Positions 23,131 to 33,738 of a DNA stretch of 64,000 nucleotides are shown one piece after another; position 1 is the first letter of the stretch, and each line of letters begins with the position of its first letter. The notes under the pieces are model-generated. The model worked only from the letters and a program-made list of their open reading frames with translations. It was not told the origin of the DNA and ran no database searches. A program made the position numbers and the translations under genes. Source of the DNA: an uncultured Gemmatimonadales bacterium. Lineage in GTDB: Bacteria; Gemmatimonadota; Gemmatimonadetes; Longimicrobiales; Gaopeijiaceae. Location of the stretch: assembly GCA_963809895.1 (NCBI GenBank), contig CAWELD010000003.1, positions 1,408,001 to 1,472,000 of the forward strand, read 5' to 3'.

Positions 23131-23903
23131 GCGAGGTGTTGCTGGAGCGGCGCGACGACGGTATCGCGGTCCTCACCCTGAACCGTCCCGACAAGCTGAA
23201 CGCCCTGAACGAGGCCGTGCGCCAGCAGCTCATGGAGCACGTCGACGCCCTGGCCGAGGACGATGCGGTGCGTGTGGCCGTCCTGCACGGGGCCGGCGAC
23301 AAGGCCTTCGTGGCCGGGGCGGACGTGGCCGAATTCGCGGGCCGGAGCGCGGCCGAGCAACGCGAGGTCTATCAGCGACGCCGCGTCTACGATGCCGTGG
23401 CGGCATTCCCGAAGCCCATCCTGTGCGCGGTGCACGGCTACTGTCTGGGCGGCGGCTCCGAGCTGGCGCTGGCCTGCGACCTGCGGGTGGCGGACCGCAC
23501 GGCCCGCTTCAGCCAGGCCGAGATCCGCCTGGGGCTCATCCCCGGCGCCGGCGGCACGCAGCGGCTGGCGCGGCTCGTGGGGCCGGGCCACGCCGCCCGC
23601 ATCGCCCTCACCGGCGACATGATCGCTGCCGACGAGGCGCACCGCATCGGCCTGGTGGAGGTGCTGGTCGACGAGGGCCGGCACCTCGAGGCGGCGCTCG
23701 AGCTGGCCGGACGCATGGCCCGCTGGAGCCCGGTGGCGCTCCGGCTGGCCAAGAAGTCCATTCAGCAGTCCATGGAAGCTCCGCTGTCGGCGGGGTTGGC
23801 CTACGAGCGCGAGCTCTTTCTGGCGGCCTTCGCCAGCGAGGACGGCCGTGAAGGCGTACAGGCCTTCGTGGAGAAGCGCGACCCGAACTTCAAGGGGGAA
23901 TGA
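23127..23903 (+). CDS. Enoyl-CoA hydratase (crotonase)
   Basis: LNRPDKLNAL, AFVAGAD, GGGSEL, GLIPGAGGTQRL. Confidence 0.93.
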   Translation: MSEVLLERRDDGIAVLTLNRPDKLNALNEAVRQQLMEHVDALAEDDAVRVAVLHGAGDKAFVAGADVAEFAGRSAAEQREVYQRRRVYDAVAAFPKPILCAVHGYCLGGGSELALACDLRVADRTARFSQAEIRLGLIPGAGGTQRLARLVGPGHAARIALTGDMIAADEAHRIGLVEVLVDEGRHLEAALELAGRMARWSPVALRLAKKSIQQSMEAPLSAGLAYERELFLAAFASEDGREGVQAFVEKRDPNFKGE

Positions 23904-24130
23904 TGAGTCTGCGGACCGCCCGCACCCTGGCCGTCCTCTTCTTCGTGGCCGAGGCGGTCGCGCTGACCTGGCCCGGCATGACCCCCTTCAACCGGGTGCA
24001 CCCGTTCATTCTGGGGATGCCTTTCGCCATGGCCTGGGTCGCCCTGTGGATCACGGGTAGCGCGCTCGTGCTCTGGTGGATCGACCGGGTCGAGGCGCAC
24101 CATCGCCCGCGCGACCGGGGGGAGCACTGA
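23900..24130 (+). CDS. Small 2-TM partner of sodium:solute symporter (DUF3311-like)
   Basis: NRVHPFILGMPFAMAW motif; overlaps the symporter start. Confidence 0.75.
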   Translation: MMSLRTARTLAVLFFVAEAVALTWPGMTPFNRVHPFILGMPFAMAWVALWITGSALVLWWIDRVEAHHRPRDRGEH

Positions 24131-25612
24131 TGGAGCGCTGGCAGATCGTCTCCATCGTCCTGTTCGCCTACCTGGCCGTGACGCTCTTCATCGGCCTCAT
24201 GGCCGGACGGCGCAGCTCGCACAGCGTCACGGGCTACGTCGCCGGCGACCGCAATTTCGGCCTCCTGATCATGTATTTCGTGACGGGAGCCACGGTCTTC
24301 AGCGCCTTCGCCTTCCTCGGTGGACCGGGCTGGGCGTACTCCCGGGGCGCCGCCGCTTTCTACATCCTGGCCTACGGCGCCCTGGGGATGGCGCCCTGGT
24401 ACGTCCTGGGCCCGCGGGCGGCCGCCGCCGGGCGCCGCATGGGTTTCGTGACCCAGGGGCAGCTCGTCACCGGGCGCTTTCCCTCGCGCGAGATCTCCGT
24501 GCTCATGGCCCTGCTCTCGCTGGCCGCCTTCGTCCCCTACATCACGCTCCAGATGCGGGGCGCGGGCATCGTCATCGAAGCGGTCACCGACGGGCACATT
24601 CCCGCTGTGGGCGGGCGCCGCGCTGGCGTACGGCATCGTGTTGCTCTACGTGCTCACCAGCGGGGTGACGGCGGTGGGATGGACCAACACGTTCCAGGGG
24701 ATCTTCATGATCGTCATCGCCTGGACGCTGGGGCTCTACCTGCCCTTCAAGCTCTACGGGGGCGTGGGCCCCATGTTCGAGCGCATCGCGGCCGAGCGCC
24801 CCGATCTGCTCACGGTGCCCGGCCTGGCCGCTGACGGCTCGCCCTGGAGCTGGGGTGGCTACTCGTCGGCGATCCTGGTGAGCGCCATCGGCCTCAGCAT
24901 GTGGCCCCATCTGTTCATGAAGGCCTTCACGGCTCGGGACGACGAGATTCTCCGGCGCACGGTGGTGCTCTTTCCGACCTTCCAGCTATTCCTGATCCCC
25001 GTGTTCCTGATCGGCTTCGCGGGCGTGCTCTTTCCGGGCGAGCCGCCTGCGCCGGACTTCATCCTGCCCTTCATGATCCTGGGCACCAGCCTACCCCCGC
25101 TGGTGGTGGGACTCTTCTGTGCCGGAGCGCTGTCCGCCTCCATGTCGACGGGCGACGCGCTCCTACACGCCGCGGCCTCGGTGACGGTGGAGGACGGCGT
25201 GGGCGCGTTCAAGAAGCTGGACGACGCCGCGCAGCGCCGGCTCATCCGTATCCTGGTGGTGGTGACGGGCGTCGTCGCCTACTGGTTCGCCCTGGACGAG
25301 GATTCGTCGCTGGTGGTGTTGCTGCTCACCTCGTACGGGCTGATCGCCCAGCTGGCCCCGCCGGTGTTCGTGACGCTCTTCTGGCGCCGGGCCACGACGC
25401 CGGGCGTGCTCGCGGGACTCGTGGCGGGCTCGGCGGCCGCCATCTTCTTCTTCGCCAATCCGGAGCTGCGCGTCTGGGACCTGCACGAGGGCATCCTCGG
25501 GCTCCTGGTCCACATTCCGGTGCTGATCGGGGTCAGTCTGGCGACGCCGGCTCAGTCACGGGCGCACGTGGACGCCTTCGTGCCCTCCGCGGCGGCGGCG
25601 GAAGGGGGATGA
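24130..25612 (+). CDS. Sodium:solute symporter; one +1 frameshift at ~24601-24603
   Basis: FSAFAFLGGPGWAY, VGWTNTFQG, SASMSTGD. Deleting one C restores GHIPLWAGAALAYGIV and joins track ORFs 24076 and 24638. Confidence 0.88.
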
Positions 25613-25615
25613 GGC

Positions 25616-25936
25616 ATGGCTGACGCCGAGGCCCGCCTCGCCGAGCTCCGCCGGCGCATCCTGGAGGTCGACGAGACCCTGGTGAAGCTCGTGGGCGAGC
25701 GCCGGGCGCTGGTGCTGGAGGTGGGTCACCTCAAGGAGGGCCTGGAGCTTCCGGTCATGGACCCGGCCCGGGAGGCCGAGGTGGTCCGCCGGGCAGCGTC
25801 ACTCGCCCGCGAGTCCGGCGTGGACGAGGAGCTGGTCCGGGACGTGATCTGGAGGATCATCGCATCGGCGCGGGACGCCCAGGAAGGACGCACCCGCTGG
25901 GGGCCGCCGGACCCCGGGGAGAGGGACCCGGCCTGA
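25616..25936 (+). CDS. Chorismate mutase, AroQ type II
   Basis: LAELRRRILEVD..ER..VGHLK..PVMDPAREAEV. Confidence 0.8.
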   Translation: MADAEARLAELRRRILEVDETLVKLVGERRALVLEVGHLKEGLELPVMDPAREAEVVRRAASLARESGVDEELVRDVIWRIIASARDAQEGRTRWGPPDPGERDPA

Positions 25937-25958
25937 GCCCGGCCTGACCCCGTCGACC

Positions 25959-27035
25959 CTAGTCGTCGTCGTCCGCTCGGTGGAAGCGGCCCCAGGGACC
26001 ACCACCCAACGCCGCCACCACGCGCTGCGTCGTCCCCACGGGAATCCGCAGCGGGTACGACGCGCCCGGGGGTGTCACACCCCGCACGAGATGCGGATTC
26101 AGAGCCCGGAGCATGGCCGCTTCCGAACCCACGGCCCGCGCCACCACCCCCAGCGAGGTGCCGCCCGGGACCCAGACCCGGTCGAACTCGTAGGGCCGGG
26201 CCGGCGTCACGTCGAAGCCGTTCAGGTCGGCGTCGCGGGCCAGCAGCGTGGCCGCCAGCATGCGCGGCACGTATTCACGCGTCTCACGCGGCAGATCGTG
26301 CTGGATGGACCAGTAGAGGTCTTCATCGCCAGCCGCCGCCTCTCCATCGGCGCTCGCCGTGGCCACCGAGGGCCGGCGGCGCAGGACACGGTCCACCCGG
26401 CCGGGCCCGGCGTTGTAGGCCGCCGCAGCCAGGTACCAGGATTCGTAGCGGTCGTGCAGCCACTGCAGATAGTCCAGGGCCGCGTCGGTGGCCTTGACCG
26501 GGTCCCGACGCTCGTCCACCCACTGGTCGACCCGAAGCCCGTACTGCCGGGCCGTGGGTCCCATGAACTGCCAGAGCCCCACGGCCGCCACCGACGAGGT
26601 GGCGCCCGACGAGAATCCCGACTCGATCATGGCGAGATACAGGAGCTCCTCGGGCATGCCGCGCTCGCGCAGCTTGTCGCGGATCAGCGACCCGTAGAGA
26701 CCTTCGCGGGTCAGGAAGCGCTCGAACGACCAGCGCTGGTCGGTCCTGAAGCGCTTCATCCAGTAGCGGACCCGCTCGTTGATCTCCATGGGGAGACGAG
26801 GCAGCGGTGCGTCCGCCACGCTGGGGAGGGCTCGCTCGTCCGCCACGGGATCCGTAGAGCCACCGTTGACAGCCCCCATGGCTCCGAGAGCCGCGGCGAC
26901 CATGAGGCCGACGAAAGCCAGGGACGGCGCCCAGGGAGCCTTTCCGAGGATGCCGCGAGCCGTGGTGGGAGCGGCGTCCGATCTATGCGCCGGTCCGCCG
27001 CGTCTTCGCGGGTCCCGGCTTTCTCGCATGTCCAT
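25959..27035 (-). CDS. MltD-like lytic transglycosylase (SLT domain plus LysM-like C-terminus)
   Basis: LAMIESG, GLWQFM, DERRDPVKAT, AAYNAG, ETREYVP; AAGGAGG RBS before ATG 27035. Confidence 0.9.
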   Translation of the reverse strand: MDMRESRDPRRRGGPAHRSDAAPTTARGILGKAPWAPSLAFVGLMVAAALGAMGAVNGGSTDPVADERALPSVADAPLPRLPMEINERVRYWMKRFRTDQRWSFERFLTREGLYGSLIRDKLRERGMPEELLYLAMIESGFSSGATSSVAAVGLWQFMGPTARQYGLRVDQWVDERRDPVKATDAALDYLQWLHDRYESWYLAAAAYNAGPGRVDRVLRRRPSVATASADGEAAAGDEDLYWSIQHDLPRETREYVPRMLAATLLARDADLNGFDVTPARPYEFDRVWVPGGTSLGVVARAVGSEAAMLRALNPHLVRGVTPPGASYPLRIPVGTTQRVVAALGGGPWGRFHRADDDD

Positions 27036-27248
27036 GCGTGACAGCCTCCTTGTCCATACCCAAGACGATCCCCGACGGCATGCCATCGCTGGCACGCCAC
27101 GAGGCGCGAGGGGGTTGGATGAACCGGCCCCGTGAGGGTCGGCGGGGGATTCCGTGGAATCCATCCCGACCATCGGGGCGGCGGGCGGCGCGGAGGTGTG
27201 CGGCCGGCCCGCTCGGCGGTATCAGAATGCGTACCGCCATTGGATACG

Positions 27249-27284
27249 AAAAGGTCCGTTCCGCGATTGCAGCGGAACGGACCT
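27249..27284 (-). terminator. Intrinsic terminator of rplU-rpmA
   Basis: 13-bp stem AGGTCCGTTCCGC/GCGGAACGGACCT running into a short T tract on the minus strand. Confidence 0.8.
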
Positions 27285-27300
27285 GCCCCCCGGAGGGGAG

Positions 27301-27555
27301 TTACTCGGCGGGGTAGACCGAGACGGCCTTGCGGCGCTGGTAGGTCTCGAAGGTCACGACACCGTCGATGGTGGCGAAGAGGGTGTCGTCACCGCCGCGC
27401 TTCACGTTGCGGCCGGGGTGGAACTTGGTTCCCCGCTGGCGCACGATGATGCCACCGGCCTTGATGCGCTCCCCGCCGTACCGCTTCACGCCCAGGTAAT
27501 TCGGATTGCTGTCGCGTCCGTTGCGACTCGAGCCGACACCCTTCTTATGAGCCAT
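27301..27555 (-). CDS. rpmA: 50S ribosomal protein L27
   Basis: [24 protein letters not shown]. Confidence 0.98.
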   Translation of the reverse strand: MAHKKGVGSSRNGRDSNPNYLGVKRYGGERIKAGGIIVRQRGTKFHPGRNVKRGGDDTLFATIDGVVTFETYQRRKAVSVYPAE

Positions 27556-27600
27556 CTTGACTCCTTGCGTCGTCGAAGAGGTTGCAGATCCGACGCGGGG

Positions 27601-27912
27601 TCAGACCACGACCTCGTCGACGCGAATTTCGGTGAATCCCTGCCGATGACCCTGCTTCTTGCGGTATCCCTTCCGGCGCTTGCGCTTGAAGACGATGACC
27701 TTGCGGTCCCGTCCGTGCCGGAGCACCTCCGCCTTCACGGAGGCGCCGTCCACCGTGGGCGCGCCGACTTTCACGTCGTCGCCGTCGGAGGCCAGGAGCA
27801 CCTGCTCGAAGGTCACCGAGTCGCCGGGCTCCGCCGCCAGCGAGGGCACGCGCAGGCGCCTGCCGGGCTGAGCTCGAAACTGTTTTCCGCCAGTCTTGAA
27901 TACCGCGAACAT
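27601..27912 (-). CDS. rplU: 50S ribosomal protein L21
   Basis: MFAVFKTGGKQF..KRRKGYRKKQGHRQ. Confidence 0.97.
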   Translation of the reverse strand: MFAVFKTGGKQFRAQPGRRLRVPSLAAEPGDSVTFEQVLLASDGDDVKVGAPTVDGASVKAEVLRHGRDRKVIVFKRKRRKGYRKKQGHRQGFTEIRVDEVVV

Positions 27913-28070
27913 GGTCGGGTCCGCTGAGGGGTCCGATTTTGCCATACAGAGCCTGTTAATTTGGGCTCACCGGCCGATGGGGTCAACCCATGGCGATCCG
28001 CCCCACACCTCGCCGTCCAGGGACCCGCTCTGGAATCCCGACCGGCGGCGCCCCGTCGCTCTCCTGCCCG

Positions 28071-29600
28071 TCAGCGCACGACGTAGCGATCGGTGACGTC
28101 GGTCTCGGCGGGGCCCGCCAGGAGACGGAAGTCGTCCTCGGCCAGGAGCGGGTCGTCGCGCAGGTCGAGCTTCAGATGGGTCCTGCGCGCGAGGCGCTTC
28201 AGGTACTCGGGTTCCACCTCCAGCATCTGGAGCGCCACCTCGGGGTGGACCCGCACCACCAGGGCCTTCTGCTCGTCGGCGGCACCGGCGCGGACCAGGC
28301 TGCGTTCGATCCGTCGCAACACCGTCGCCGGCGAGTAGATCCGGCCCGTGCCGCCGCAGTGGCCACACGGTTGCGTGAGCGACTGGAAGAGCGAGGGCCG
28401 CACGCGCTGACGGGTCATCTCGATCAGGCCCAGGCCCGAGACCTCGAAGGCCTTGGTGCGGGCGCGGTCGCGTCCCAGGTGACTCCGAAGCTCGTGGAGC
28501 ACCTTGTCGCGGTTCTGCTGGGACTCCATGTCGATGAAGTCCACCACGATGATCCCGCCCACGTCGCGCAGGCGCAGTTGGCGGGCCACCTCGCGGGCGG
28601 CGTCCAGATTGGTGCGCAGGATCGTGTGCTCGGGATCCTTGCGCCCCGTGTAGCGGCCCGTGTTCACGTCGATGGAGACCAACGCCTCGGTGGGCTCCAC
28701 GACGATGTAGCCACCGGACGGGAGCTCCACCTTGCGCAGGAACGCCCGCTGGATCTCCTCCTCCACGCCTCTCCCGTCGAAAAGAGGCTCGTTGTCCTCG
28801 TAGAGGTGGATGCGGTCCAGGAGCTCCGGCGCCACGTTGGACACGTACTGACGGATCTCGTTGTAGATCTCCTTGGAGTCCACGGTGAGCCCGTCGAACT
28901 TGTCCGAAAAGAGGTCGCGGATCATTCCGCCGATGAGCTTGGCCTCGCCGTGCACGAGCGCTGGAGCCTTCTGCGACCCGGATCGGCGCTGGATCTTCTT
29001 CCAGTTGCCGTGCAAGCGCTCGAACTCCCGTTCCAGCGTCTGCCGCGTGACCTCCTCGCCCACCGTGCGCACGATCACGCCGCCGGAATCGGCGGGCACG
29101 ATCTCCTTGGCCATGGCCCGCAGGCGTCCCCGCTCGTCGCGATCGTCGATCTTGCGGCTGACACCCACGTGCGAGGAGAACGGCATGTAGACGAGGAAAC
29201 GGCCCGGGAGCGACACCTGGGCCGTAAGCCGGGGCCCCTTGGTGCCGATGGGCTCCTTGGTGACCTGGACGAGGATGTCCTGGCCCTTCTTGAGTTGGTC
29301 CTGGATGGGCGGGCCCTTGCTCCGGCTTCGGCGTCCGTTGCCGTTGCCGTTGCTGTCGTCGTCCTCGTCCTCCTCTGCGAGAAGGTCCGAGACGTGCAGG
29401 AATCCCGCCTTGTCCGTGCCGATGTCCACGAAGGCAGCCTGGATGCCGGGCAGCACTGCTTCGACCCGGCCCAGATAGATGTCACCGACCAATCGCCCCT
29501 GGTCGGGACGATCGAGCATGACCTCCACGAGCTGCTTGTCTTCGAGGAGCGCCACCCAGGTTTCCTTGGGCGAGGCGCTTACCAGAATCTCACGATGCAA
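28071..29600 (-). CDS. rng: Ribonuclease G/E family
   Basis: S1 domain (QAAFVDIG), IDVNTG, RLRDVGGIIVVDFIDM, TRQR; TTG start. Confidence 0.9.
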   Translation of the reverse strand: MHREILVSASPKETWVALLEDKQLVEVMLDRPDQGRLVGDIYLGRVEAVLPGIQAAFVDIGTDKAGFLHVSDLLAEEDEDDDSNGNGNGRRSRSKGPPIQDQLKKGQDILVQVTKEPIGTKGPRLTAQVSLPGRFLVYMPFSSHVGVSRKIDDRDERGRLRAMAKEIVPADSGGVIVRTVGEEVTRQTLEREFERLHGNWKKIQRRSGSQKAPALVHGEAKLIGGMIRDLFSDKFDGLTVDSKEIYNEIRQYVSNVAPELLDRIHLYEDNEPLFDGRGVEEEIQRAFLRKVELPSGGYIVVEPTEALVSIDVNTGRYTGRKDPEHTILRTNLDAAREVARQLRLRDVGGIIVVDFIDMESQQNRDKVLHELRSHLGRDRARTKAFEVSGLGLIEMTRQRVRPSLFQSLTQPCGHCGGTGRIYSPATVLRRIERSLVRAGAADEQKALVVRVHPEVALQMLEVEPEYLKRLARRTHLKLDLRDDPLLAEDDFRLLAGPAETDVTDRYVVR

Positions 29601-29800
29601 TAGGATTCATCTCCGTAGTGTCGATCCCGGCTCCTCTCCCTGGCGACGTGGCGGCCGACCCGCACCCGTCCCGGACCCGCTGTCCGGGGCGGTGGAACGG
29701 CGACGCCCCACGTCGCATCGAGGCTTCCGGAGCCGTGCCCCCGAGGGCCGCTCGCCGGCCGGTCCGCCCCCGGCTGGGGCGGTCCGGCCAGCCGGCGATC

Positions 29801-31024
29801 CTACCGGGGCTGGCCTTCGAGGGTCTCCTGCAGGAGATGCCTCGCGATGACCAGTCTCTGGATCTCGCTGGTACCTTCTCCGATCTCGCACACCTTGGCG
29901 TCTCTCGCCATGCGCTCCACCGGATAGTCGTCGGAATAGCCCGCTCCGCCCATGAGCTGTATGGCCCGCAGGGTGGCCTTCATGGCCAACTCGGAGCAGA
30001 ACAGCTTCGCCATGGCCGCCTCCTTGGAGAACGGCCTCCCCGTATCCTTGAGCCAGGCGGCGTGGTAGGTCAGGTGCCGCCCGGCCTCGATCTCCGTGGC
30101 CATGTCGGCCAGGGGGAACTGAACCTGCTGGAACTCGAAAAGCCGCTTGCCGAACTGCCGGCGCTCGTTCACATACCGCAGAGCCGTGTCGAAAGCTCCC
30201 TGGGCGAGACCCAGGGACAGGGCGGCCACCCCGATGCGACCCGCGTCCAGCGTCTTCATGAAGTTGATGAAGCCCGCCCCTTCCTCGCCCAGGCGGTTCG
30301 CTTCCGGCACGTAGGCGTCCTCGAGGAGGAGCTCGCGTGTGTCCGAAGCCCGCCATCCCATCTTGTCCTCCTTCTTTCCGGCCCGAACCCCGTCGACGTA
30401 GTCGAGGTCTTCGGCGTGGCCCACTCCCACCGCCCGGGCCCGCTCCAGGTCCACGGTGGGCTTCGTCACCACGAAGGAGGTGATGCCCCGGGTGCCCGCC
30501 TCGGGCTCGGTCACCGCCGTCACCGTGAAGATCTCACCGACGCCGGCGTGGGTGATGAAGATCTTGGAGCCGTTGAGGCGATAGCCGCCGTTCTCGCGCA
30601 CGGCCCTGGTACGGCTGCCACCGCTGTCCGAGCCCGCTCCCGGCTCGGTGAGTCCGAACCCGCCCAGCACCCGTCCCGAGGCCAGGAGCGGAATCCAGCG
30701 CTGCTGCTGCTCCTCTGTGCCGAACGACAGGATGGGCGAAGTGCCCAGCGTCGTGTGGGCCGACACCGTGATGGAGTGGCTCGCATCGTGCCGGGCCAAC
30801 TCCTCCACCACCAGGATGTAGCTCAGGTAATCCCGACCCATCCCGCCCAGCTCCCGGGGTACGGGGACCCCCAGGAGCCCCATGTCGGCCATGGTGCGCA
30901 CGTTTTCCCACGGGAAGCGGGCTTCGGCGTCCAGCTCCCGAGCCACGGGAGCGATGGCCTGAAGCGCGAAATCCCGCACGCGCTGCTGGAGCGCGACGTG
31001 ATCCTCGGTGAGGTAGCGATGCAT
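29801..31024 (-). CDS. Acyl-CoA dehydrogenase (short/branched-chain type)
   Basis: GLTEPGAGSD, NGSKIFIT, KMGWRAS, RRQFGK, IGEGTSEIQR. Confidence 0.93.
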   Translation of the reverse strand: MHRYLTEDHVALQQRVRDFALQAIAPVARELDAEARFPWENVRTMADMGLLGVPVPRELGGMGRDYLSYILVVEELARHDASHSITVSAHTTLGTSPILSFGTEEQQQRWIPLLASGRVLGGFGLTEPGAGSDSGGSRTRAVRENGGYRLNGSKIFITHAGVGEIFTVTAVTEPEAGTRGITSFVVTKPTVDLERARAVGVGHAEDLDYVDGVRAGKKEDKMGWRASDTRELLLEDAYVPEANRLGEEGAGFINFMKTLDAGRIGVAALSLGLAQGAFDTALRYVNERRQFGKRLFEFQQVQFPLADMATEIEAGRHLTYHAAWLKDTGRPFSKEAAMAKLFCSELAMKATLRAIQLMGGAGYSDDYPVERMARDAKVCEIGEGTSEIQRLVIARHLLQETLEGQPR

Positions 31025-31155
31025 GACAAGCGCGCGGGCGAGCCCGCTCCGCTGGAGTGTTCGTCCGGACGACCCTGAGAAGATACGTGACCCCTGGAGC
31101 CCCTCAAAGTGCCGCACGGCGACATCTTTCCCGCAGGCCCGCGCGGGCGTAGGCC

Positions 31156-32583
31156 TCACGAATCGTCCGGCATCGTGCCACAGCGGTCGCAGGCCCCGCA
31201 TCCGGAGCCCGGTCGTTCCTCGCCGAAATACGCCAACAGCCTGGTCCGGCGACACTGTCGAGCCCTGACGTAGCCGGCCATGGCTCCGAGTCGTGCCAGG
31301 GCCTGCCGTCGCCGCCTACGCGCCAATGCTCGCCAGTCCGGCGCGCCCCCCTGCCCGCCCGGCAGAAGCTCGTATCGGCGGAGGGCCCGTAGCAGACCCC
31401 GTGGATCCTCCGGCCGTCGTCGGGGCCAGCGCCAGCGCCGCTGGGCGGCCCTGCGCACCTGCTCCACCAGCGCGTCCCCTTCCGACGGATCCAGACCCTC
31501 GAGCCGACGCGCCAGCGCCTGCAGGCGGCGCGGAGGCGGGTGGGAGGCGTCCAGGAAGCGGCGCTCCAGGCGACCGTCGCCCGGTCCGTGCAGGACCACG
31601 CACCAGGCGCGGCCCCCGTCGCGGCCCGCCCGACCCGCCTCCTGGTAATAGGCCTCGAGCGAGCCCGGCGGAGCCCAGTGGATCACGCGCCGCACGTCGG
31701 GCTTGTCCACCCCCATGCCGAACGCGTTGGTGGCCACCACGAGCGGACAGGCACCCCCCAGGAAGCGCTCCTGCACCCGCGCCCGCTCGGCGGCGCCCAG
31801 GCCGGCGTGATAGGCTTCGGCGTCTCGCCCGCGGCGAGCCAGTCCGCGTCGGAGGGCATCGACCTGGCGGCGGGTGGTGGCGTACACCAGGGCCGGTCCC
31901 GGGCTGGCGTCGATCAGCCGCACGAGACGACGCCAACGCTCTCGTTCGTCGGCGACCCGCACCACCGCCCAGCCCAGGTTGGGCCGATCGAAGGAGGCCA
32001 CGAAGCGCGCGGGATTCCGGAGCCCCAGCACCGACTCGATCTCCTCGCGCACCCGGGGCGTGGCGGTGGCCGTCACGGCGAGGACCGGCACGCCGAGGCG
32101 CTGGCCGAAGCCGGCCAGGGCCAGGTAGGACGGGCGGAAGTCGAATCCCCAGTGGACCACGCAGTGAGCCTCGTCCACCGCCAGCAGGCGCACGGGCAGA
32201 CGTGGGAGCACGGCCTGGAAGGCCCGGGTCTCCAGGCGCTCGGGCGCAAGCAGCAGCACGCGGAGTCCGCCGGCGGCAGCGGTCTCCAGGGCTTGGCGCC
32301 TCTGGCTCGCGGGCACTCCCTGATGGAGGGCCTCGGCGGAAATCCCGGCCCTCCGGGCCCGCTCCACCTGGTCCGCCATGAGCGAAACCAGCGGGCTCAC
32401 CACCAGCGTCAGCCCGGGCCGCATGGCCGCCGGCAGCAGGTAGAGGATGCTCTTGCCGCCTCCGGTGGGCAGGATCCCGATGGCGTCCCGGCCCTGGAGG
32501 ACCGCCCGGATGAGGGGCTCCTGGCCCGGACGGAAGCCGGGGTGGCCGAAATGACGGCGCAGGGCATCCCGAAGCTCGCTCAT
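31156..32583 (-). CDS. RecQ-family DNA helicase (short, no HRDC)
   Basis: PTGGGKS, VDEAHC..WGFDFRP, TATAT, QEAGRAGRDG, CRR..YFG..CGACDRC. Confidence 0.9.
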   Translation of the reverse strand: MSELRDALRRHFGHPGFRPGQEPLIRAVLQGRDAIGILPTGGGKSILYLLPAAMRPGLTLVVSPLVSLMADQVERARRAGISAEALHQGVPASQRRQALETAAAGGLRVLLLAPERLETRAFQAVLPRLPVRLLAVDEAHCVVHWGFDFRPSYLALAGFGQRLGVPVLAVTATATPRVREEIESVLGLRNPARFVASFDRPNLGWAVVRVADERERWRRLVRLIDASPGPALVYATTRRQVDALRRGLARRGRDAEAYHAGLGAAERARVQERFLGGACPLVVATNAFGMGVDKPDVRRVIHWAPPGSLEAYYQEAGRAGRDGGRAWCVVLHGPGDGRLERRFLDASHPPPRRLQALARRLEGLDPSEGDALVEQVRRAAQRRWRWPRRRPEDPRGLLRALRRYELLPGGQGGAPDWRALARRRRRQALARLGAMAGYVRARQCRRTRLLAYFGEERPGSGCGACDRCGTMPDDS

Positions 32584-32677
32584 GCCCCCAGCGTCGCTGC
32601 GGACCCCTGGGCGCTTCCATGGGGGGATGGGCATGCGGGCGCGGCGCCCGTTCCGGCCGGCGCGCGATCCCGGAGAC

Positions 32678-32908
32678 TCAGATCGCTGAACGACTCCCTT
32701 CGTCGCCGTGGGCGGCATCGGGGAGGGCCTCGTCGTCGGGCCGGTCCTCCGAGGCCTCGTCGTCGTCTGCGTCGGCGGTGGGCAGGAAGCGGACGAGGAA
32801 TCCCAGGATCAGAATCCCCAGCGCCACATTCACCAGCCAGCCCATGTCCAGATAGATCCCGGCCAGGGCGGTGAACGCCCCGGCGGAGAACAGACGCACG
32901 CGCCACAT
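32678..32908 (-). CDS. Small 2-TM hypothetical protein with acidic tail (start uncertain)
   Basis: Two hydrophobic segments; sits in the minus-strand operon. Confidence 0.55.
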   Translation of the reverse strand: MWRVRLFSAGAFTALAGIYLDMGWLVNVALGILILGFLVRFLPTADADDDEASEDRPDDEALPDAAHGDEGSRSAI

Positions 32909-32958
32909 CAGGTGAGCTGACTGCCGGTCCCGCCGTCGCGAGGCGAACACGACCCGCC

Positions 32959-33738
32959 TCAGTCGCGGCGCGAGCGCTCTAGAAAGCGCCGCACGCCTTC
33001 GCGGCACTCGGGCGTCGTGCGCGCCTCCACGTTGACCTGGGCGCCCCGCGCGACGCCGGGTGCCACGTCCAGCCCGTCGAGCTCGTACAGCAGGTGCTTG
33101 GTGAGCCTCAGCGCCGACGCCGGAGGCCGCGCCAGCTCGTGCAGATAGCTCACCACCGCCTCCTCGAACTCGCCGGTGGTGAAGACGCGGTTCACCAGGC
33201 CCAGCGCCCGGGCTTCGGACGCCGTGACGCGGTGCCCTCGCGCCACCAGCTCGAACGCCTGACTCTCTCCCACCTTGCGACGCAGGAGCGCCATGACCAT
33301 GGCAGGCACGAATCCCAGGTGTACCTCGGGATATCCGAGCTCGGCATCCTGGCGTGCCAGCACCAGATCGCAGGCGGTGGCGAGGCCGGCCCCACCGGCC
33401 AGGGCCCGCCCGTGCACCACGGCCACCACAGGCTTGGGATGGCGCCGGAGGGCCAGGAACAGCTCACCCAGACGCATGGCGTCGTCCAGGTTCTCCTGGG
33501 GACTCAGCTCGGCGAGGCGCTCCAGCTCGGCCAGGTCGGCGCCGGAGCAGAAGTCGCTTCCCGCCCCCCGCAGCGCCACGACCTTCACCGCCTGGTCGGC
33601 CTCCGTGCGCGCCAGGGCGACCGACAGCGCCTCCACCAGCGCGCCGTTCAGCGCGTTCCGCTTGCCGGGACGGTTCAGGGTGAGCGTGGCGACGCCGCCG
33701 CTCTGCGATACGCGCAGGATGTCGTCGCCCCCGCTCAT
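32959..33738 (-). CDS. Enoyl-CoA hydratase, methylglutaconyl-CoA hydratase-like
   Basis: FCSGADL, ALAGGAGL, PEVHLGFVPA; clustered with carboxyltransferase. Confidence 0.85.
   Translation of the reverse strand: MSGGDDILRVSQSGGVATLTLNRPGKRNALNGALVEALSVALARTEADQAVKVVALRGAGSDFCSGADLAELERLAELSPQENLDDAMRLGELFLALRRHPKPVVAVVHGRALAGGAGLATACDLVLARQDAELGYPEVHLGFVPAMVMALLRRKVGESQAFELVARGHRVTASEARALGLVNRVFTTGEFEEAVVSYLHELARPPASALRLTKHLLYELDGLDVAPGVARGAQVNVEARTTPECREGVRRFLERSRRD

Noticed and set aside
27036..27245. c-di-AMP (ydaO) riboswitch before the lytic transglycosylase
   Set aside because: Consensus elements (GGGGxGAATC, CAGCTAAC) not found.
29340..29375. (GCCGTT)n/(GTC)n short repeats
   Set aside because: Encode the low-complexity DDDSNGNGNG loop of the RNase G S1 domain.
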